NCBI GenBank assembly: GCA_037440405.1
Contig: JBBIUE010000005.1
Coordinates: 28,660-92,659, forward strand
From: Pirellula sp.
Lineage (GTDB): Bacteria > Planctomycetota > Planctomycetia > Pirellulales > Pirellulaceae
Direction: 5' to 3'
DNA: 64,000 nt
Positions 58,506 through 64,000 of the stretch are shown piece after piece. The notes beneath the pieces are model-generated. The model made no database searches and was not told the DNA's origin. It worked only from the letters and a program-made list of their open reading frames with translations. The translations under genes and the position numbers were made by a program. Position 1 is the stretch's first letter; every line of letters starts with the position of its first letter.

Positions 58506-61392
58506 TCACTTAAGCCGTTCGGTTGCAAACGAATTAGAGTTCTTAAGATTCGCGAAGGGAATCCAAATTGTCGCTGCCCAGGGCTACCTGATCGAAGGCA
58601 GCATCGATCTTGGTTCGGTCCGTCGAGCTGCCAAAGAGCTTTTAGCGGACCCCATCGTCGAGAGTTGGATTGCTGCCGAGATCGGCGATCCTGCTCTGGA
58701 GCCGTTGCCAAGCGGCCGCGGTCCGATCGATAAGCCGATCTTGGTCCACGTTCTCCCAAAGCCAGGGGTGATGGACCCGGCCGGTCTCAGCACACAGCAG
58801 GCCCTTGCGCGGATGGGGCTGGACGCGACCGCCGTTAGAACTTTTCGGAAATATTGGCTCGGGGCTTCTGCCGAGGATGTTCGTCGGATCAGCCAGAAGG
58901 TCTTGGCAAACGACTCCATCGAACAAGTCATTATCGGACAATTGGAGTTGGATAGGCTCCAGGTCGGTACGAGTTACGAATTCCAGCTGCTGCCAGTTCC
59001 GATTTCGCAGCTTGACGACTCGGAATTGATGAAGCTCAGTCGCGAAGGTCAGCTCCATTTGTCGATCGCAGAGATGCTAACCGTACAAAAGCACTATCGG
59101 GAGTTGGGACGCGAACCGACCGACATCGAACTCGAGACGATTGCTCAAACGTGGAGCGAGCATTGCAGCCACAAAACGTTGGCCGGTCGCATTGCCTATC
59201 GCGATGAGAACGGCGAGATGCATTTCGAGAACATGCTCAAGGAAACGATCTTCGCAGCGACGAATCGCATCCGAGAGCGCCTCGGCCGCGATGATTGGTG
59301 CGTGAAAGTGTTTAAGGACAACGCAGGTATTGTGACGTTCGATGATGACTACCACGTGGTATTCAAAGTTGAGACGCACAATCACCCATCGGCGATTGAA
59401 CCGTACGGCGGTGCCAACACGGGAATCGGCGGCGTCATTCGCGATCCACTTGGAACAGGATTGGGTGCCAAGCCGATCTGCAATACTGATGTGTTTTGCT
59501 TTGCCCCTCCGGACATGGAAGACGGTGAGCTACCGTCAGGAGTGCTGCACCCGAGAAAAATCATGACGGGAGTCGTGGCTGGTGTGCGTGACTACGGAAA
59601 TCGGATGGGAATTCCGACGGTGAACGGAGCCGTCTTCTTCGATCCGCGTTACGTTGGTAACCCTTTGGTGTATTGCGGCAATGTTGGGTTGTTACCCAAG
59701 GGTAAAGAAGACAAGCAAGCTCTTCCGGGCGATTGGATCGTCGCGATCGGCGGGAGAACCGGCCGTGACGGTATCCACGGAGCAACGTTTAGCAGTGTTG
59801 AACTCACTCACGAGAGCGAATCGATCTCCGGTGGATCGGTTCAGATTGGTAATGCAGTCATGGAGAAGATGGTCCGGGATGCATTGCTGAAGGCGCGGGA
59901 CGAAGGTCTCTTTCACGCCGTGACGGATTGTGGTGCCGGTGGGTTCAGCAGTGCCATTGGTGAAATGGGGGAGTCGATCGGTGCAGAGGTTTGGCTCGAA
60001 AAAGCTCCGCTGAAGTATGAAGGACTTAGCTACACGGAGATTTGGATCAGCGAGGCTCAAGAGCGAATGATCCTTGCCGTTCCGCAAGACAAATGGGACC
60101 GACTGGACGAGATTTGTCGCGGTGAAGGTGTTGAAGCAACGATTCTGGGTCAGTTCCTTCCCACCGGTCTCCTGCGCCTGATGTACCAAGGGACGGAAGT
60201 CGGTTGTCTATCAATGGAGTTTCTGCATCAAGGCCGCCCGCCGGTCATTCGCCAAGCATTCTATGCGCCGGTGGTGCCTTCGCCCGAACCAAACATCAAC
60301 GATGATCGCGCGACGATCGAATCCATCTTGCTGAAGATTCTTGGTTCTCCCAATGTAGCGAGCAAGCATTGGATCATTCGGCAATATGATCACGAAGTGC
60401 AAGCGGGGAGTGTTGTGAAACCGCTGGTCGGCCCAAACTGCGATGGTCCTAGCGACGCCGCAGTCGTCCGACCTCGGCTCAACAGCCATCGTGGATTGGT
60501 CATTAGTTGCGGGATGAATCCGTGTTATGGTGATCTCGATACCTATGCCATGGCGGCAAGTGCCATTGATGAAGCTGTTCGCAACGCGATAGCCGTGGGT
60601 GCTGATCCATCGCGTATCGCGTTGCTCGACAACTTTTGTTGGGGTAATACGGACCGCGCGGAGACCTTGGGCAGCCTTGTTCGAGCAGCCTTGGCTTGTC
60701 GTGATCTGGCTTTGGCCTGGAATATGCCCTTTATCAGCGGCAAGGATTCGCTGAACAATGAGTTCAGTTGGGTCGATCGGCGAGGCGAACGCAAAACGTT
60801 GTCCATTCCGCCGACCCTACTTATCAGCGCGATAGGGCAAATTCCAGATGTTCGACAAAGCGTCACGATGGATCTCAAGAAGCCCGGAAATCGCATCTAC
60901 CTGTTGGGAGCGACCCGCCACGAGATGGGAGGGTCGCATGCTTTGCTGGTCAGCGGCTTGTCTGGGGGCGTGGTTCCGTCGGTTGATCCAAGTTCGGCAC
61001 TTCGCATTTTCAACAAGCTTCATGAGGCGATACGTCGTGGATTCGTGAGGGCTTGCCATGATTTGAGTGAGGGCGGACTCGCAGTTGCCGCGGCGGAAAT
61101 GGCATTTGCGGGAAATCTTGGGATGCACCTTCAGATCGAGGCACTTTGCAAAGAGAACTTTGTCGATCTTCCTGTAGCATTGTTCTCGGAATCGAACTCA
61201 AGGTTTCTGGTGGAGGTCCCGGAGAGCTGCGAAGCCGATTGGCAATCGCATGTTGCGGAACTGGCTTGTTATCGATTGGGCGAAGTCACCGAGGCGACCG
61301 AGCTTATGATCGCTGCAGGAGATCGCGCCCTGGTTCAGTTGAGCCTTGAGCAACTCAAGAAGGTATGGCTCGCTCCGCTCGATTGGACTTGA
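58459..61392 (+). CDS. purL: Phosphoribosylformylglycinamidine synthase subunit PurL with two N-terminal PurS-like modules
   Basis: The PurL core has [38 protein letters not shown] and [16 protein letters not shown], plus a duplicated AIR-synthase-like fold. The N-terminal ~230 aa contain [17 protein letters not shown]...[10 protein letters not shown] and [26 protein letters not shown]...[10 protein letters not shown] (PurS pattern K.GvlDP.G......L..lG.....LaN.viE). The start is proposed at GTG 58459; the ORF-track start at 58369 lies inside tyrA. Confidence 0.9.
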   Translation: MTLWEIDIHPKEGQPDHLSRSVANELEFLRFAKGIQIVAAQGYLIEGSIDLGSVRRAAKELLADPIVESWIAAEIGDPALEPLPSGRGPIDKPILVHVLPKPGVMDPAGLSTQQALARMGLDATAVRTFRKYWLGASAEDVRRISQKVLANDSIEQVIIGQLELDRLQVGTSYEFQLLPVPISQLDDSELMKLSREGQLHLSIAEMLTVQKHYRELGREPTDIELETIAQTWSEHCSHKTLAGRIAYRDENGEMHFENMLKETIFAATNRIRERLGRDDWCVKVFKDNAGIVTFDDDYHVVFKVETHNHPSAIEPYGGANTGIGGVIRDPLGTGLGAKPICNTDVFCFAPPDMEDGELPSGVLHPRKIMTGVVAGVRDYGNRMGIPTVNGAVFFDPRYVGNPLVYCGNVGLLPKGKEDKQALPGDWIVAIGGRTGRDGIHGATFSSVELTHESESISGGSVQIGNAVMEKMVRDALLKARDEGLFHAVTDCGAGGFSSAIGEMGESIGAEVWLEKAPLKYEGLSYTEIWISEAQERMILAVPQDKWDRLDEICRGEGVEATILGQFLPTGLLRLMYQGTEVGCLSMEFLHQGRPPVIRQAFYAPVVPSPEPNINDDRATIESILLKILGSPNVASKHWIIRQYDHEVQAGSVVKPLVGPNCDGPSDAAVVRPRLNSHRGLVISCGMNPCYGDLDTYAMAASAIDEAVRNAIAVGADPSRIALLDNFCWGNTDRAETLGSLVRAALACRDLALAWNMPFISGKDSLNNEFSWVDRRGERKTLSIPPTLLISAIGQIPDVRQSVTMDLKKPGNRIYLLGATRHEMGGSHALLVSGLSGGVVPSVDPSSALRIFNKLHEAIRRGFVRACHDLSEGGLAVAAAEMAFAGNLGMHLQIEALCKENFVDLPVALFSESNSRFLVEVPESCEADWQSHVAELACYRLGEVTEATELMIAAGDRALVQLSLEQLKKVWLAPLDWT

Positions 61393-61398
61393 GGACAT

Positions 61399-63708
61399 TT
61401 AGTCCCGAATCGTTCGAGCTGCGGGAACTGGGTAGTGGAACCAGTTCCCATGGTTGTCTTTTGGGAAGTCACTTGACGGAGGTGCCATCTGAAAGTTGTT
61501 GGGCGCAAAATGTCCGCTGGGAAAAACGATCGGAGCGCGAGTGATATCTGGCAACGACATTGGTCGAACTCCGGGGATGACCGGCTCCGTCGTGTGCCTT
61601 GAATTCAGCCATGAGAGGTTGTACTGTCGATTCGAAGGTTCGACAAAAGGAAGAATGGGATCCGAGATGGCCTGATTGAAGCCTACTTGATCTATTTGTG
61701 ATGCGTAATCGCCAGCGATGCGGAACTGGGATCGCACGTCTTCAAGATGTTCAAGCAGGATACGCCGAACTTCCAAGGTTGCTCGCGGAGTGCGATGAAT
61801 TTCTTGATGCTTCGACTGGACCATGATCTCACTTTCTACGTCGTCCGTATGCGCGCTAGCGAAATCCACAACTCCATCGCTTGCGGCAGGAGAACGTTTG
61901 AACAGAATGCCGCTTTCAGGAGCGACACCGATAATGTTGTGGTAACGAACCCAGGGCGCTCGAGGAGCTCGCAACATGACGGGAAATATCGGTGAATTCG
62001 GGCTAAGGGAGTCAATGCTGGTATTCGTTGTTAGCAAGGAGGAATCGTGGAAGAGTTCAGGGTTTTGGCGTACGATGCTATAGCCGGTGTCAGTGATCGT
62101 CGTGGGAAGCTTAATGATTTTCCTGCCCAGCCATCGCGTATAATCGTTGGCGTAGTCGCTGCCGCGGTGCGGAGTCCCTATCGTGATGACTCGACGTATC
62201 GATGGGTTCGGCGCGAAGAAGAGGGCAGACGCGAGTTTCTCGATTTGCTCCTTCTCGCCTTGGACTTTCTCGAACGGCTCGTCGCTGAGAACGCGCCAAA
62301 AGTCCTCGCGACTTTCGATGGTCTGCATCCGTGAGACCAAGCCCCCCATACTGTGACCAACAAGGACCATTTGATCGAGTTTCGGGAAGAGTCGCTTCGC
62401 ATCCAACGTGTCACGAAGCTGTTTGAGATCGCTTCGCATTTGAGTCGCACTGATCCAGAACGGCTGCCCGGTCGGGTATTGGTAGAACCAGAATTGATAG
62501 TTGTTCCTCAGCTCAGAAAAACTGCGCAAGTCATTGAACATGGGCATCCAAGTCAATGGACTGGACCAAAGACCGTGCACCATGACGACGGGTATGCGGT
62601 TCGGGTCGAAGGGCTCCAGCATGAAGAACCCACGGTACTTGGAAGTCTTATTCGGATTCAACAATCCAAGAGTGCTGTCCGTCTTTTCTCGAAAGCGAGG
62701 GTTGTCGAGGAAGTAGGCAAGTGGCGTGCTCAGATCGCTTTGCAATGGCACTAGTCTTCCCGCCATGCGAATGTCGCTGCTGCTGATAGGATCATGCAGT
62801 TCGAGAACGCAAGGATGACGGCGTTCTCCTCGACTACCGACTCGATCCATTGGAGCGGTTACTCGCAAAAGTGCCGTGACGGGAAAGGATAGACCTTCGG
62901 GATAGTATTGCTCCAGTTCCTCCTCGCCTTGATGAGGTCTTCGCACCGCGATGAGCGGAACTCCAATACCATACGTTACGTTGGTCGAATCCAATCCAGA
63001 GATATCGAAATCGGAGCAAAATTCGATTCGATCGAAATCCTCGTTGTGCCAACTTCCTTTGTTGACAACGGCAACGCGGTGAATGCGGTCCCCCACAGGT
63101 ATGTCATAGTATTTTCCAGGTCGAATCGAGTCCTGCTTGTTGACATTGCGCAAGGTCGCTTCGAGTGCCGAGTTGTACAGATCGCAAGCTCCACGGAACT
63201 GCGGATCGTAAGGGTTTCGAAATCGGTCTGCATCGGGTGAGAAGAGGTAGAGATAAGAGCTGCTGACGGCGATACTATACATGTCTAGTGCTTCAGCGTA
63301 TTTGCCATTCACATCGGCTCGCTTTCCGATCGTGTATGCAACCTCGGCAATCGCATAGATTCGTTCGCCGCCAGGCTCCTCTTCGGCTAGTTGCTCAAGT
63401 CGTTCTAAGCAGCCTTTCGGATCGCGCTCATAGAGTTCTTTGAGGTCGTAACGGCGTAAAAGCATGGCCGTGCGATTCGAAAGTTTCGGTCCGCCAGTCC
63501 AGACATGGAATCTTTCTTGATAAGTTGCGATTCTCCCGCCGCGCAATTTCGAGAAGCGGGGAGTCGCGCACCCAATTAGCGATGGAGCGATTACGATCAA
63601 CAGGCAAATGAATGCGCAATTCTTTCGTTCGGAAGCTTTCGTTAAGGCTGTTCCGATATGCATGCGCTGACGACTACCTTGCCTTTTGTTTTCGCACCGT
63701 GGAACCAT
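61399..63708 (-). CDS. Lipoprotein alpha/beta hydrolase (lipase/PGAP1-like, GHSMGG)
   Basis: Lipobox LIVIAPSLIGC. Motifs are VVMVHGLWSSPLTWMPMFNDL and VLVGHSMGGLVSR, with a large N-terminal non-catalytic region. The start may be ATG 63663. It is convergent with purL across a 6-nt gap. Confidence 0.75.
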   Translation of the reverse strand: MVPRCENKRQGSRQRMHIGTALTKASERKNCAFICLLIVIAPSLIGCATPRFSKLRGGRIATYQERFHVWTGGPKLSNRTAMLLRRYDLKELYERDPKGCLERLEQLAEEEPGGERIYAIAEVAYTIGKRADVNGKYAEALDMYSIAVSSSYLYLFSPDADRFRNPYDPQFRGACDLYNSALEATLRNVNKQDSIRPGKYYDIPVGDRIHRVAVVNKGSWHNEDFDRIEFCSDFDISGLDSTNVTYGIGVPLIAVRRPHQGEEELEQYYPEGLSFPVTALLRVTAPMDRVGSRGERRHPCVLELHDPISSSDIRMAGRLVPLQSDLSTPLAYFLDNPRFREKTDSTLGLLNPNKTSKYRGFFMLEPFDPNRIPVVMVHGLWSSPLTWMPMFNDLRSFSELRNNYQFWFYQYPTGQPFWISATQMRSDLKQLRDTLDAKRLFPKLDQMVLVGHSMGGLVSRMQTIESREDFWRVLSDEPFEKVQGEKEQIEKLASALFFAPNPSIRRVITIGTPHRGSDYANDYTRWLGRKIIKLPTTITDTGYSIVRQNPELFHDSSLLTTNTSIDSLSPNSPIFPVMLRAPRAPWVRYHNIIGVAPESGILFKRSPAASDGVVDFASAHTDDVESEIMVQSKHQEIHRTPRATLEVRRILLEHLEDVRSQFRIAGDYASQIDQVGFNQAISDPILPFVEPSNRQYNLSWLNSRHTTEPVIPGVRPMSLPDITRAPIVFPSGHFAPNNFQMAPPSSDFPKDNHGNWFHYPVPAARTIRD

Positions 63709-64000
63709 GGATCGGGGATACTAGCGGCTTGTCATTACCAAGCCAACGCCAACTCCATCACCCTGGCCCGACGAATCGGCGGTGAATTTCCGATACGAGC
63801 GGCCACAAAACGAACGCTCGCTGACGCCTTTTTGTAGTTGCGCTTTTCATGTCATCCTCCGCGTTGGCAGAGGAATTTTGATCTTGACCTCACCCAAGCT
63901 CGCGCTGCGGGCTGCTATTTATCACGGTAAATGACGAAAGGCGCAGCCTCAAAACTCACGCTTCGGGCTGAGAGGACGGCATTAGCCGATGTTCTCAAAA

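Noticed and set aside
63757-63849. 30-codon minus-strand ORF (MKSATTKRRQRAFVLWPLVSEIHRRFVGPG) preceded by GGAGGATGAC
   Set aside because: The RBS-like sequence is good, but the ORF is too short and featureless to support without conservation or expression data.

Overview
This 64-kb chromosomal window looks like Planctomycetota of the Pirellulales type. That assignment is an inference from gene content recalled from memory, since no searches were possible. Supporting genes are a PSCyt1/DUF1549/DUF1553 + DUF1501 pair, a YTV-repeat Cys/Gly-rich wall-type protein, a giant membrane-bound-dehydrogenase/heme-binding CxxCH protein, sulfatases, and an ECF sigma / Ser-Thr kinase pair. Coding density is high on both strands. 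I call about 35 protein genes, two of them apparently broken, plus one tRNA-Thr(CGU), one clear Rho-independent terminator and one in-frame hexanucleotide microsatellite. I saw no rRNA, CRISPR array, IS element, integrase or prophage signature.

Housekeeping genes:
- hisA (split across two frames)
- a divergent EF-G paralogue
- ilvE, acs, tgt, tyrA
- a PurS-PurS-PurL fusion
- an HtrA protease

Most unusual items:
1. An orphan soluble homologue of the FlhA/SctV cytoplasmic domain, fused to an LSm-like N-terminus (12815-14245).
2. A 1513-aa protein next to an ECF sigma gene that combines a ZAS-type anti-sigma motif, a Hanks kinase, a TM helix and a Wza-type Poly_export domain (1-5130).
3. A YTV-repeat protein punctuated by three (CGGC)n clusters (43958-45607).
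4. A secreted protein with a metallothionein-like 29-Cys block, a His/Met/Pro-rich segment and a coiled coil (32351-34429).
5. A TPR protein carrying two RNA polymerase alpha-CTD copies, sitting between tRNA-Thr and tgt (51748-53064).

I cannot single out one of these as 'the' undescribed system. All domain calls come from motif recognition by eye and need profile and structure searches.
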